Source of the DNA: Eledone cirrhosa
Taxonomy: Eukaryota
DNA length: 64,000 bases
Direction of reading: 5' to 3'
Assembly: GCA_964016885.1 (NCBI GenBank)
Contig: OZ024741.1
Span: 13,640,001 to 13,704,000 of the forward strand
The stretch's first letter is position 1. Each line of letters starts with the position of its first letter. The notes under the pieces are model-generated. The model was not told the origin of the DNA. It did no database searches and saw only the letters and a program-made list of their open reading frames with translations. The position numbers were made by a program, and so were the translations under genes. Below, piece by piece: positions 22,101-37,200 of the stretch.

Positions 22101-25100
22101 TGTTGAGGAAGGGACATAAGCTACACTCTATGTCAGTGTCGAGGAATGGACATAAGCCACACTCTATGTCAATGTTGAGGAAGGGACATAAGCTACACTC
22201 TATGTCACTGTTGAGGAAGGGACATAAGCTACACTCTATGTCAGTGTTGAGGAAGGGGCATAAGCTACACTCTATGTCAGTGTTGAGGAAGGGACATAAG
22301 CTACACTCTATGTCAGTGTTGAGGAAGGGGCATAAGCTACACTCTATGTCAGTGTTGAGGAAGGGACATAAGCTACACTCTATGTCAGTGTTGAGGAAGG
22401 TACATAAGCCACACTCTATGTCACTGTTGAGGAAGAGACATAAGCTACACTCTATGTCAGTGTGGAGGAAGGGACGTAAGCTACACTCTATGTCAGTGTT
22501 GAGGAAGGGACATAAGCTACACTCTATGTCAGTGTCGAGGAAGGGGCATAAGCTACACTCTATGTCAGTGTTGAGGAAGGGGCATAAGCTACACTCTATG
22601 TCAGTGTTGAGGAAGGGACATAAGCTACACTCTATGTCAGTGTTGAGGAAGGGACATAAGCTACACTCTATGTCAGTGTCGAGGAAGGGACATAAGCTAC
22701 ACTCTATGTCAGTGTGGAGGAAGGGACGTAAGCTACACTCTATGTCAGTGTTGAGGAAGGGACATAAGCTACACTCTATGTCAGTGTTGAGGAAGGGACA
22801 TAAGCTACACTCTATGTCAGTGTCGAGGAAGGGACATAAGCTACACTCTATGTCACTGTTGAGGAAGGGACATAAGCCATACTCTATGTCAGTGTCGAGG
22901 AAGGGACATAAGCTACACTCTATGTCAGTGTCGAGGAAGGGACATAAGCTACACTCTATGTCAGTGTCGAGGAAGGGACATAAGCTACACTCTATGTCAG
23001 TGTTGAGGAAGGGGCATAAGCCATACTCTATGTCAATGTTGAGGAAGGGACATAAGCCACACTCTATGTCAGTGTCGAGGAAGGGACATAAGCTACACTC
23101 TATGTCACTGTTGAGGAAGGGACATAAGCCATACTCTATGTCAGTGTCGAGGAAGGGACATAAGCTACACTCTATGTCAGTGTCGAGGAAGGGACATAAG
23201 CTACACTCTATGTCAGTGTCGAGGAAGGGACATAAGCTACACTCTATGTCAGTGTCGAGGAAGGGACATAAGCTACACTCTATGTCAGTGTTGAGGAAGG
23301 GGCATAAGCCATACTCTATGTCAATGTTGAGGAAGGGACATAAGCCACACTCTATGTCAGTGTCGAGGAAGGGACATAAGCTACACTCTATGTCACTGTT
23401 GAGGAAGGGACATAAGCCATACTCTATGTCAGTGTCGAGGAAGGGACATAAGCTACACTCTATGTCAGTGTCGAGGAAGGGACATAAGCTACACTCTATG
23501 TCAGTGTCGAGGAAGGGACATAAGCTACACTCTATGTCAGTGTCGAGGAAGGGACATAAGCCATACTCTATGTCAGTGTCGAGGAAGGGACATAAGCTAC
23601 ACTCTATGTCAGTGTTGAGGAAGGGACATAAGCTACACTCTATGTCAGTGTTGAGGAAGGGACATAAGCTACACTCTATGTCAATGTTGAGGAAGGGACA
23701 TAAGCCATACTCTATGTCAGTGTCGAGGAAGGGACATAAGCTACACTCTATGTCACTGTCGAGGAAGGGACATAAGCTACACTCTATGTCAATGTTGAGG
23801 AAGGGACATAAGCTACACTCTATGTCACTGTCGAGGAAGGGACATAAGCCATACTCTATGTCAGTGTTGAGGAAGGGACATAAGCCACACTCTATGTCAA
23901 TGTTGAGGAAGGGACATAAGCTACACTCTATGTCAGTGTCGAGGAAGGGACATAAGCTACACTCTATGTCAGTGTTGAGGAAGGGGCATAAGCCATACTC
24001 TATGTCAGTGTTGAGGAAGGGACATAAGCCACACTCTATGTCAATGTTGAGGAAGGGACATAAGCTACACTCTATGTCACTGTTGAGGAAGGGACATAAG
24101 CCATACTCTATGTCAGTGTTGAGGAAGGGACATAAGCCACACTCTATGTCAGTGTTGAGGAAGGGACATAAGCTACACTCTATGTCAGTGTTGAGGAAGG
24201 GACATAAGCCATACTCTATGTCAGTGTTGAGGAAGGTACTTAAGCTACACTCTATGTCAGTGTTGAGGAAGGGACATAAGCTACACTCTATGTCAGTGTT
24301 GAGGAAGGGACATAAGCTACACTCTATGTCAGTGTTGAGGAAGGGACATAAGCTACACTCTATGTCAGTGTTGAGGAAGGGACATAAGCCATACTCTATG
24401 TCAGTGTTGAGGAAGGTACTTAAGCTACACTCTATGTCAGTGTCGAGGAAGGGACATAAGCCACACTCTATGTCAATGTTGAGGAAGGGACATAAGCTAC
24501 ACTCTATGTCAGTGTTGAGGAAGGGACATAAGCTACACTCTATGTCAATGTTGAGGAAGGGACATAAGCCACACTCTATGTCAATGTTGAGGAAGGGACA
24601 TAAGCCACACTCTATGTCAGTGTTGAGGAAGGGACATAAGCCATACTCTATGTCAGTGTTGAGGAAGGTACTTAAGCTACACTCTGTCAGTGTTGAGGAA
24701 GGGACATAAGCCATACTCTATGTCAGTGTTGAGGAAGGGACATAAGCCACACTCTATGTCAATGTTGAGGAAGGGACATAAGCCACACTCTATGTCAACG
24801 TTGAGGAAGGGACATAAGCTACACTCTATGTCACTGTTGAGGAAGGGACATAAGCCACACTCTATGTCAGTGTCGAGGAAGGGACATAAGCTACACTCTA
24901 TGTCAATGTTGAGGAAGGGACATAAGCCACACTCTATGTCAATGTTGAGGAAGGGACATAAGCCACACTCTATGTCAATGTTGAGGAAGGGACATAAGCC
25001 ACACTCTATGTCAATGTTGAGGAAGGGACATAAGCTACACTCTATGTCAGTGTTGAGGAAGGGACATAAGCTACACTCTATGTCAGTGTTGAGGAAGGGA

Positions 25101-28100
25101 CATAAGCTACACTCTATGTCAGTGTTGAGGAAGGGACATAAGCTACACTCTATGTCAGTGTTGAGGAAGGGACATAAGCTACACTCTATGTCAGTGTCGA
25201 GGAAGGGACATAAGCTACACTCTATGTCAGTGTGGAGGAAGGGACATAAGCTACACTCTATGTCAGTGTCGAGGAAGGGACATAAGCTACACTCTATGTC
25301 AGTGTTGAGGAAGGGACATAAGCTACACTCTATGTCAGTGTGGAGGAAGGGACATAAGCTACACTCTATGTCAGTGTCGAGGAAGGGACATAAGCTACAC
25401 TCTATGTCAGTGTCGAGGAAGGGACATAAGCCACACTCTATGTCAGTGTTGAGGAAGGGACATAAGCCACACTCTATGTCAATGTTGAGGAAGGGACATA
25501 AGCTACACTCTATGTCAGTGTTGAGGAAGGGACATAAGCCACACTCTATGTCAGTGTTGAGGAAGGGACATAAGCCATACTCTATGTCAGTGTTGAGGAA
25601 GGGACATAAGCCACACTCTATGTCAATGTTGAGGAAGGGACATAAGCTACACTCTATGTCAGTGTCGAGGAAGGGACATAAGCTACACTCTATATCAGTG
25701 TTGAGGAAGAAACATAAGCTACACTCTATGTCAGTGTTGAGGAAGGTACATAAGCTACACTCTATGTCAGTGTCGAGGAATGGACATAAGCCATACTCTA
25801 TGTCAGTGTTGAGGAAGGGACATAAGCTACACTCTATGTCAGTGTTGAGGAAGGGACATAAGCCACACTCTATGTCAATGTTGAGGAAGGGACATAAGCT
25901 ACACTCTATGTCAGTGTCGAGGAATGGACATAAGCCATACTCTATGTCAGTGTTGAGGAAGGGACATAAGCTACACTCTATGTCAGTGTTGAGGAAGGGA
26001 CATAAGCCACACTCTATGTCAATGTTGAGGAAGGGACATAAGCTACACTCTATGTCAGTGTTGAGGAAGGGACATAAGCTACACTCTATGTCAGTGTTGA
26101 GGAAGGGACATAAGCTACACTCTATGTCAGTGTTGAGGAAGGTACATAAGCTACACTCTATGTCAGTGTCGAGGAATGGACATAAGCCATACTCTATGTC
26201 AGTGTTGAGGAAGGGACATAAGCTACACTCTATGTCAGTGTCGAGGAATGGACATAAGCCATACTCTATGTCAGTGTTGAGGAAGGGACATAAGCTACAC
26301 TCTATGTCAGTGTTGAGGAAGGGACATAAGCCACACTCTATGTCAATGTTGAGGAAGGGACATAAGCTACACTCTATGTCAGTGTTGAGGAAGGGACATA
26401 AGCTACACTCTATGTCAGTGTTGAGGAAGGGACATAAGCTACACTCTATGTCAGTGTTGAGGAAGGTACATAAGCTACACTCTATGTCAGTGTCGAGGAA
26501 GGGACATAAGCCACACTCTATGTCAATGTTGAGGAAGGGACATAAGCTACACTCTATGTCAGTGTTGAGGAAGGTACATAAGCTACACTCTATGTCAGTG
26601 TCGAGGAATGGACATAAGCCATACTCTATGTCAGTGTTGAGGAAGGTACATAAGCTACACTCTATGTCAGTGTCGAGGAATGGACATAAGCCATACTCTA
26701 TGTCAGTGTTGAGGAAGGGACATAAGCCATACTCTATGTCAGTGTTGAGGAAGGGACATAAGCTACACTCTATGTCAGTGTTGAGGAAGGTACATAAGCT
26801 ACACTCTATGTCAGTGTCGAGGAATGGACATAAGCCATACTCTATGTCAGTGTGGAGGAAGGTACATAAGCTACACTCTATGTCAGTGTCGAGGAATGGA
26901 CATAAGCCATACTCTATGTCAGTGTCGAGGAATGGACATAAGCCATACTCTATGTCAGTGTTGAGGAAGGTACATAAGCTACACTCTATGTCAGTGTCGA
27001 GGAATGGACATAAGCCACACTCTATGTCAGTGTTGAGGAAGGGACATAAGCTACACTCTATGTCAGTGTTGAGGAAGGGACATAAGCTACACTCTATATC
27101 AGTGTTGAGGAAGAAACATAAGCTACACTCTATGTCAGTGTTGAGGAAGGGACATAAGCTACACTCTATGTCAGTGTTGAGGAAGGGACATAAGCTACAC
27201 TCTATGTCAGTGTTGAGGAAGGGACATAAGCCACACTCTATGTCAATGTTGAGGAAGGGACATAAGCTACACTCTATGTCAGTGTTGAGGAAGGTACTTA
27301 AGCTACACTCTATGTCAGTGTTGAGGAAGGGACATAAGCTACACTCTATGTCAGTGTTGAGGAAGGGACATAAGCCACACTTTATGTCAGTGTTGAGGAA
27401 GGGACATAAGCCACACTCTATGTCAATGTTGAGGAAGGGACATAAGCTACACTCTATGTCAGTGTTGAGGAAGGGACATAAGCCACACTCTATGTCAATG
27501 TTGAGGAAGGGACATAAGCTACACTCTATGTCAGTGTTGAGGAAGGGACATAAGCCACACTCTATGTCAGTGTTGAGGAAGGGACATAAGCCATACTCTA
27601 TGTCAGTGTTGAGGAAGGGACATAAGCCATACTCTATGTCAGTGTTGAGGAAGGTACTTAAGCTACACTCTATGTCAGTGTTGAGGAAGGGACATAAGCC
27701 ACACTCTATGTCAATGTCGAGGAAGGGACATAAGCTACACTCTATGTCAGTGTTGAGGAAGGGACATAAGCCACACTCTATGTCAGTGTTGAGGAAGGGA
27801 CATAAGCCATACTCTATGTCAGTGTTGAGGAAGGGACATAAGCTACACTCTATGTCAGTGTTGAGGAAGGGACATAAGCTACACTCTATGTCAGTGTTGA
27901 GGAAGGGACATAAGCTACACTCTATGTCAGTGTTGAGGAAGGTACTTAAGCTACACTCTATGTCAGTGTTGAGGAAGGGACATAAGCCACACTCTATGTC
28001 AATGTTGAGGAAGGGACATAAGCTACACTCTATGTCAGTGTCGAGGAAGGGACATAAGCTACACTCTATATCAGTGTTGAGGAAGAAACATAAGCTACAC

Positions 28101-30468
28101 TCTATGTCAGTGTTGAGGAAGGGACATAAGCCATACTCTATGTCAGTGTTGAGGAAGGGACATAAGCTACACTCTATGTCAGTGTTGAGGAAGGGACATA
28201 AGCCACACTCTATGTCAGTGTTGAGGAAGGGACATAAGCCACACTCTATGTCAGTGTTGAGGAAGGGACATAAGCTACACTCTATGTCAGTGTTGAGGAA
28301 GGGACATAAGCCATACTCTATGTCAGTGTTGAGGAAGGGACATAAGCTACACTCTATGTCAGTGTTGAGGAAGGGACATAAGCCACACTCTATGTCAGTG
28401 TTGAGGAAGGGACATAAGCCACACTCTATGTCAGTGTTGAGGAAGGGACATAAGCTACACTCTATGTCAGTGTTGAGGAAGGGACATAAGCCACACTCTA
28501 TGTCAGTGTTGAGGAAGGGACATAAGCTACACTCTATGTCAGTGTTGAGGAAGGGACATAAGCCACACTCTATGTCAGTGTTGAGGAAGGGACATAAGCC
28601 ACACTCTATGTCAGTGTTGAGGAAGGGACATAAGCTACACTCTATGTCAGTGTTGAGGAAGGGACATAAGCCACACTCTATGTCAGTGTTGAGGAAGGGA
28701 CATAAGCCACACTCTATGTCAGTGTTGAGGAAGGGACATAAGCTACACTCTATGTCAGTGTTGAGGAAGGGACATAAGCCACACTCTATGTCAGTGTTGA
28801 GGAAGGGACATAAGCCACACTCTATGTCAGTGTTGAGGAAGGGACATAAGCTACACTCTATGTCAGTGTTGAGGAAGGGACATAAGCTACACTCTATGTC
28901 AGTGTTGAGGAAGGGACATAAGCTACACTCTATGTCAGTGTTGAGGAAGGGACATAAGCTACACTCTATGTCAGTGTTGAGGAAGGGACATAAGCCACAC
29001 TCTATGTCAGTGTTGAGGAAGGGACATAAGCTACACTCTATGTCAGTGTTGAGGAAGGGACATAAGCCACACTCTATGTCAGTGTTGAGGAAGGGACATA
29101 AGCCACACTCTATGTCAGTGTTGAGGAAGGGACATAAGCCACACTCTATGTCAGTGTTGAGGAAGGGACATAAGCTACACTCTATGTCAGTGTTGAGGAA
29201 GGGACATAAGCCACACTCTATGTCAGTGTTGAGGAAGGGACATAAGCCACACTCTATGTCAGTGTTGAGGAAGGGACATAAGCCACACTCTATGTCAGTG
29301 TTGAGGAAGGGACATAAGCTACACTCTATGTCAGTGTCGAGGAAGGGACATAAGCTACACTCTATGTCAGTGTGGAGGAAGGGACATAAGCTACACTCTA
29401 TGTCAGTGTTGAGGAAGGGACATAAGCCACACTCTATGTCAGTGTTGAGGAAGGGACATAAGCTACACTCTATGTCAGTGTTGAGGAAGGGACATAAGCC
29501 ACACTCTATGTCAGTGTTGAGGAAGGGACATAAGCTACACTCTATGTCAGTGTTGAGGAAGGGACATAAGCTACACTCTATGTCAGTGTTGAGGAAGGGA
29601 CATAAGCTACACTCTATGTCACTGTTGAGGAAGAAACATAAGCTACACTCTATGTCAATGTTGAGGAAGGGACATAAGCTACACTCTATGTCAGTGTGGA
29701 GGAAGGGACATAAGCTACACTCTATGTCAGTGTCGAGGAAGGGACATAAGCTACACTCTATGTCAGTGTCGAGGAAGAAACATAAGCTACACTCTATGTC
29801 AGTGTCGAGGAAGGGACATAAGCTACACTCTATGTCAGTGTTGAGGAAGGGACATAAGCTACACTCTATGTCAGTGTCGAGGAATGGACATAAGCTACAC
29901 TCTATGTCAGTGTCGAGGAAGGGACATAAGCTACACTCTATGTCAGTGTTGAGGAAGGGACATAAGCTACACTCTATGTCAGTGTCGAGGAAGAAACATA
30001 AGCTACACTCTATGTCAGTGTCGAGGAAGGGACATAAGCTACACTCTATGTCAGTGTCGAGGAAGGGACATAAGCTACACTCTATGTCAGTGTCGAGGAA
30101 GAAACATAAGCTACACTCTATGTCAGTGTTGAGGAAGCTACATAAGCTACACTCTATGTCAGTGTCGAGGAATGGACATAAGCCACACTCTATGTCAGTG
30201 TTGAGGAAGGGACATAAGCCATACTCTATGTCAGTGTCGAGGAAGGGACATAAGCTACACTCTATATCAGTGTTGAGGAAGGGACATAAGCTACACTCTA
30301 TGTCAGTGTTGAGGAAGGGACATAAGCCATACTCTATGTCAGTGTTGAGGAAGGGACATAAGCTACACTCTATGTCAGTGTCGAGGAAGGGACATAAGCT
30401 ACACTCTATGTCAGTGTTGAGAAAGTTACTTAAGCCACACTATGTCAGTGTCAGCAAAGGTACTTCAA
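19110..30468. repeat. 36-bp minisatellite, about 315 copies
   Basis: Unit TATGTCAGTGTTGAGGAAGGGACATAAGCTACACTC, with a single 2-bp deletion near 24685 and degenerate last units at 30420-30468. Confidence 0.97.
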
Positions 30469-30771
30469 GTTGGAGTCCATCTGACTGTTTGGGAGGGAGG
30501 GTGCAAAGTTTTAAATGTTCCCTCTCATAGATTCGTTTTTGTATTCAGAGTTTCAGAACTTTATCCAGGGTAACAGGACATAGATTTATCTTTCACCCAC
30601 TTTGTTGCCATGGAAACGCTCTTGTTTCTATGTTGTGATTTGAGAAGAGCAAATATAGCCTATTTTCTATTTTCTATATTTTTTTTTAACCTAAAAGTAA
30701 AAAAACAATAAACATAGTGAGGATGTTAAAAGTTTGAAATACCATCATGTACCACTGCTAGCAATGAAATA

Positions 30772-30772
30772 T

Positions 30773-30803
<31 letters not shown>

Positions 30804-30855
30804 ATTGCTCTTGTTGTTACTGCTAATGTTACTGTTGTTGTTACAGTTGTTGTTT
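30772..30855. repeat. Degenerate (GTT/GCT)n microsatellite
   Basis: TTGCTGTTGTTGTTGCTGCTGCTG... read directly. Confidence 0.8.
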
Positions 30856-31009
30856 GGTCTTACATTTCCTTTTTAAACAGTTTATATAAGAACCTGTGAA
30901 GTTGTTAGCATTTTCTGTTTTGTTATACTGTCTCTCTGTTTGTTTGACTGTGTATCTGTCTGTCTGGGCTGTATTTATCTGCCTCTCTGATTGTCTGTTT
31001 TGGAGTCTT

Positions 31010-31200
31010 TCTGTAATCCATGACGTGAAGTGACTGAAAGTACAAGACTCCTCCCTGGACAGGATGCCAGTCCATTGTAGGGTTAAATTCCCACCTATTG
31101 CTGCTACTCATTTTCAGTTGAGTATACTGGAGCAGAAATGAAGTGTTTTGCTCAACACACAGCCCAGTCCATCACCTATACCACTAGGCCACGTACCTCC
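31010..31200 (-). mobile_element. tRNA-derived SINE body with the B box deleted; its head is the first unit of the 30-bp satellite
   Basis: Minus strand: GGAGGTACG-TGGCCTAGTGG(A box)-TATAGGTGAT-GGACTGGGCTGTGTG-TTGAGCAAAACACTTCATTTC...AATGAGTA...CCCTACAATGGACTGGCATCCTGTCCAGGGAGGAG...GTCACTTCACGTCA. Head and junction match the SINE at 7749 (GAAGGCACATGGCTTAGTTG...GGACTGGGTGATGTGTTG...TTGAGC). Confidence 0.75.
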
Positions 31201-34200
31201 ATCACCCAAACCACTAGGCCACGTACCTCCATCACCCATACCACTAGGTCACGTACCTCCATCACCCATACCACTACGCCACATACCTCTATCACCCATA
31301 CCACTACGCCACATACCTCCATCACCCATACCACTAGGCCACGTACCTCCATCACCCAAACCACTAGGCCACGTACCTCCATCACCCATACCACTAGGCC
31401 ACGTACCTCCATCACCCATACCACTACGCCACGTACCTCTATCACCCATACCACTACGCCACATACCTCCATCACCCAAACCACTAGGCCACGTACCTCC
31501 ATCACCCATACCATTAGGCCACGTACCTCCATCACCCATACCACTAGGCCACGTACCTCTATCTCCCATACCACTACGCCACATACCTCCATCACCCATA
31601 CCACTAGGCCACGTACCTCCATCACCCATACCACTAGGTCATGTACCTCCATCACCCATACCACTACGCCACATACCACTAGGTCATGTACCTCCATCAC
31701 CCATACCACTACGCCACATACCTGCATCACCCATACCACTACGCCACATACCTCCATCACCCATACCACTACACCACATATCTCCACCACCCATACCACT
31801 AGGCCACGTACCTCCATCACCCAAACCACTACGTCACATACCTCCATCACCCATACCACTAGACCACGTACCTCCATCACCCATACCACTAGGTCACGTA
31901 CCTCCATCACCCAAACCACTAGACCACGTACCTCCATCACCCAAACCACTAGGCCACGTACCTCCATCACCCATACCACTACGCCACATACCTCCATCAC
32001 CCATACCACTAGACCACGTACCTCCATCACCCATACCACTAGGTCACGTACCTCCATCACCCAAACCACTAGACCACGTACCTCCATCACCCAAACCACT
32101 AGGCCACATACCTCCATCACCCATACCACTAGGTCGTGTACCTCCATCACCCATACCACTAGGCCACGTACCTCCATCACCCAAACCACTAGGCCACATA
32201 CCTCCATCACCCATATCACTAGGTCATGTACCTCCATCACCCATACCACTAGGCCACGTACCTCCATCACCCATACCACTACACCACGTACCTCCATCAC
32301 CCATACCACTACACCACGTACCTCCATCACCCAAACCACTAGGCCACATACCTCCATCACCCATATCACTAGGTCATGTACCTCCATCACCCATACCACT
32401 AGGCCACGTACCTCCATCACCCATACCACTACACCACGCACCTCCATCACCCAAACCACTAGGCCACGTACCTCCATCACCCATACCACTAGCCCACATA
32501 CCTCCATCACCCATACCACTAGGTCGTGTACCTCCATCACCCATACCACTACGCCACATATCTCCATAACCCATACCACTAGGCCACGTACCTCCATCAC
32601 CCATACCACTAGGCCACGTACCTCCATCACCCAAACCACTAGGCCACATACCTCCATCACCCATACCACTAGGTCATGTACCTCCATCACCCATACCACT
32701 AGGCCACGTACCTCCACCACCCATACCACTAGCCCACATACCTCCATCACCCATACCACTAGGTCGTGTACCTCCATCACCCATACCACTAGGCCACGTA
32801 CCTCCATCACCCAAACCACTACGTCACATACCTCCATCACCCATACCACTAGACCACGTACCTCCATCACCCATACCACTAGGTCACGTACCTCCATCAC
32901 CCAAACCACTAGACCACGTACCTCCATCACCCAAACCACTAGGCCACGTACCTCCATCACCCATACCACTACGCGACATACCTCCATCACCCATACCACT
33001 AGACCACGTACCTCCATCACCCATACCACTAGGTCACGTACCTCCATCACCCAAACCACTAGACCACGTACCTCCATCACCCAAACCACTAGGCCACATA
33101 CCTCCATCACCCATACCACTAGGTCGTGTACCTCCATCACCCATACCACTAGGCCACGTACCTCCATCACACAAACCACTAGGCCACATACCTCCATCAC
33201 CCATACCACTAGGTCATGTACCTCCATCACCCATACCACTAGGCCACGTACCTCCATCACCCATACCACTACACCACGTACCTCCATCACCCAAACCACT
33301 AGGCCACGTACCTCCATCACCCATACCACTAGGCCACGTACCTCCATCACCCAAACCACTAGGCCACATACCTCCATCACCCATACCACTAGGTCATGTA
33401 CCTCCATCACCCATACCACTAGGCCACGTACCTCCATCACCCATACCACTACACCACGTGCCTCCATCACCCATACCACTAGGCCACGTACCTCGATCAC
33501 CCAAACCACTAGGCCACGTACCTCCATCACCCATACCACTAGGCCACGTACCTCCATCACCCATACCACTAGGCCACCTACCTCCATCACCCATACCACT
33601 AGGCCACGTACCTCCATCACCCAAACCACTACGTCACATACCTCCATCACCCATACCACTAGGCCACGTACCTCCATCACCCAAACCACTAGGCCACGTA
33701 CCTCCATCACCCATACCACTAGGCCACCTACCTCCATCACCCATACCACTACGCCACATACCTCCATCACCCAAACCACTACGCCACATACCTCCATCAC
33801 CCATACCACGAGGTCGTGTACCTCCATCACCCATACCACTAGGTCGTGTACCTCCATCACACATACCACTAGGCCACGTACCTCCATCACCCACACCACT
33901 ACGCCACACATCTCAATAACCCATACCACTAGGTCATGTACCTCCATCACCCATACCACTAGGCTACGTACCTCCATCACCCATACCACTAGGCTACGTA
34001 CCTCCATCACCCATACCACTAGGCTACGTACCTCCATCACCCATACCACTAGGTCACGTACCTCCATCACCCATACCACTAGGCTACGTACCTCCATCAC
34101 CCATACAACTACGCCACGTACCTCCATCACCCATACCACTAGGCCACTTACCTCCATCACCCATACCACTAGGCCACATACCTCCATCAACAATACCACT

Positions 34201-37200
34201 AGGCCACGTACCTCCATCACCCAAACCACTAGGCCACGTACCTCCATCACCCAAACCACTAGGCCACATACCTCCATCACCCATACCACTAGGTCATGTA
34301 CCTCCATCACCCATACCACTAGGCCACGTACCTCCATCACCCATACCACTACACCACGTACCTCCATCACCCAAACCACTAGGCCACGTACCTCCATCAC
34401 CCATACCACTAGGCCACATACCTCCATCACCCATACCACTAGGTCGTGTACCTCCATCACCCATACCACTACGCCACATATCTCCATAACCCATACCACT
34501 AGGCCACGTACCTCCATCACCCATACCACTAGGCCACGTACCTCCATCACCCAAACCACTAGGCCACATACCTCCATCACCCATACCACTAGGTCATGTA
34601 CCTCCATCACCCATACCACTACACCACGTACCTCCATCACCCATACCACTAGGCCACGTACCTCGATCACCCAAACCACTAGGCCACGTACCTCCATCAC
34701 CCATACCACTAGGCCACGTACCTCCATCACCCATACCACTACGCCACATACCTCCATCACTCAAACCACTACGCCACATACCTCCATCACCCATACCACG
34801 AGGTCGTGTACCTCCATCACCCATACCACTAGGTCGTGTACCTCCATCACCCATACCACTAGGCCACGTACCTCCATCACCCACACCACTACGCAACACA
34901 TCTCAATAACCCATACCACTAGGTCATGTACCTCCATCACCCATACCACTAGGCTACGTACCTCCATCACCCATACCACTAGGCTACGTACCTCCATCAC
35001 CCATACCACTACGCTACGTACCTCCATCAGCCATACCACTAGGCCACTTACCTCCATCACCCATACCACTAGGCCACATACCTCCATCACCCATACCACT
35101 AGGCCACGTACCTCCATCACCCAAACCACTAGGCCACGTACCTCCATCACCCAAACCACTAGGCCACGTACCTCCATCACCCATACCACTAGGCCACCTA
35201 CCTCCATCACCCATACCACTACGCCACATACTTCCATCACCCAAACCACTACGCCACCTACCTCCATCACCAATACCACTAGGTCGTGTACCTCCATCAC
35301 CCAAACCACTACGCCACGTACCTCCATCACCCAAACCACTAGGCCACCTACCTCCATCACCCAAACCACTACGCCACCTACCTCCATCACCCATACCACT
35401 AGGCCACGTACCTCCATCACCCATACCACTACGCCACATACCTCCATCACCCAAACCACTACGCCACCTATCTCTAACACCCATACCACTAGGCCACCTA
35501 CCTCCATCACCCATACCACTAGGCCACGTACCTCCATCACCCAAACCACTAGGCCACGTACCTCCATCACCCATACCACTAGGCCACGTACCTCCATTAC
35601 CCATACCACTAGGCCACGTACCTCCATCACCCATACCACTAGGCCACCTACCTCCATCACCCATACCACTAGGCCACGTACCTCCATCACCCATACCACT
35701 AGGCCACCTACCTCCATCACCCATACCACTAGGCCACGTACCTCCATCACTCAAACCACTAGGTCACATATCTCCATCACCCATACCACTAGGTCGTGTA
35801 CCTCCATCACCCATACCACTAGGCCACGTACCTCCATCACCCATACCACTAGGCCACGTGCCTCCATCACTCAAACCACTAGGTCACGTATCTCCATCAC
35901 CCATACCACTAGGCCACCTACCTCCATCACCCATACCACTAGGCCATGTACCTCCATCACCCAAACCACTAGGCCACGTACCTCCATAACCCAAACCACT
36001 ATGCCACGTACCTCCATCACCCAAACCACTAGGCCACGTACCTCCATAACCCAAACCACTATGCCACGTACCTCCATCACCCATACCACTAGGTCGTGTA
36101 CCTCCATCACCCATACCACTAGGCCACGTACCTCCATCACCCAAACCACTAGGCCACATACCTCCATCACCCATATCACTAGGTCATGTACCTCCATCAC
36201 CCATACCACTAGGCCACGTACCTCCATCACCCATACCACTACACCACGTACCTCCATCACCCATACCACTACACCACGTACCTCCATCACCCAAACCACT
36301 AGGCCACATACCTCCATCACCCATATCACTAGGTCATGTACCTCCATCACCCATACCACTAGGCCACGTACCTCCATCACCCATACCACTACACCACGCA
36401 CCTCCATCACCCAAACCACTAGGCCACGTACCTCCATCACCCATACCACTAGCCCACATACCTCCATCACCCATACCACTAGGTCGTGTACCTCCATCAC
36501 CCATACCACTACGCCACATATCTCCATAACCCATACCACTAGGCCACGTACCTCCATCACCCATACCACTAGGCCACGTACCTCCATCACCCAAACCACT
36601 AGGCCACATACCTCCATCACCCATACCACTAGGTCATGTACCTCCATCACCCATACCACTAGGCCACGTACCTCCACCACCCATACCACTAGCCCACATA
36701 CCTCCATCACCCATACCACTAGGTCGTGTACCTCCATCACCCATACCACTAGGCCACGTACCTCCATCACCCAAACCACTACGTCACATACCTCCATCAC
36801 CCATACCACTAGACCACGTACCTCCATCACCCATACCACTAGGTCACGTACCTCCATCACCCAAACCACTAGACCACGTACCTCCATCACCCAAACCACT
36901 AGGCCACGTACCTCCATCACCCATACCACTACGCGACATACCTCCATCACCCATACCACTAGACCACGTACCTCCATCACCCATACCACTAGGTCACGTA
37001 CCTCCATCACCCAAACCACTAGACCACGTACCTCCATCACCCAAACCACTAGGCCACATACCTCCATCACCCATACCACTAGGTCGTGTACCTCCATCAC
37101 CCATACCACTAGGCCACGTACCTCCATCACACAAACCACTAGGCCACATACCTCCATCACCCATACCACTAGGTCATGTACCTCCATCACCCATACCACT

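Noticed and set aside
9142-30468. CRISPR-like arrays (repeat lengths 33-36 bp)
   Set aside because: Units are head-to-tail with no unique spacers, there are no cas genes, and the context is eukaryotic.
18911-30530. Three ORFs of about 1900 aa on both strands (12-aa repeats)
   Set aside because: They result from a 36-bp unit lacking stops in some frames. A 2-bp deletion near 24685 breaks them and there is no unique domain.
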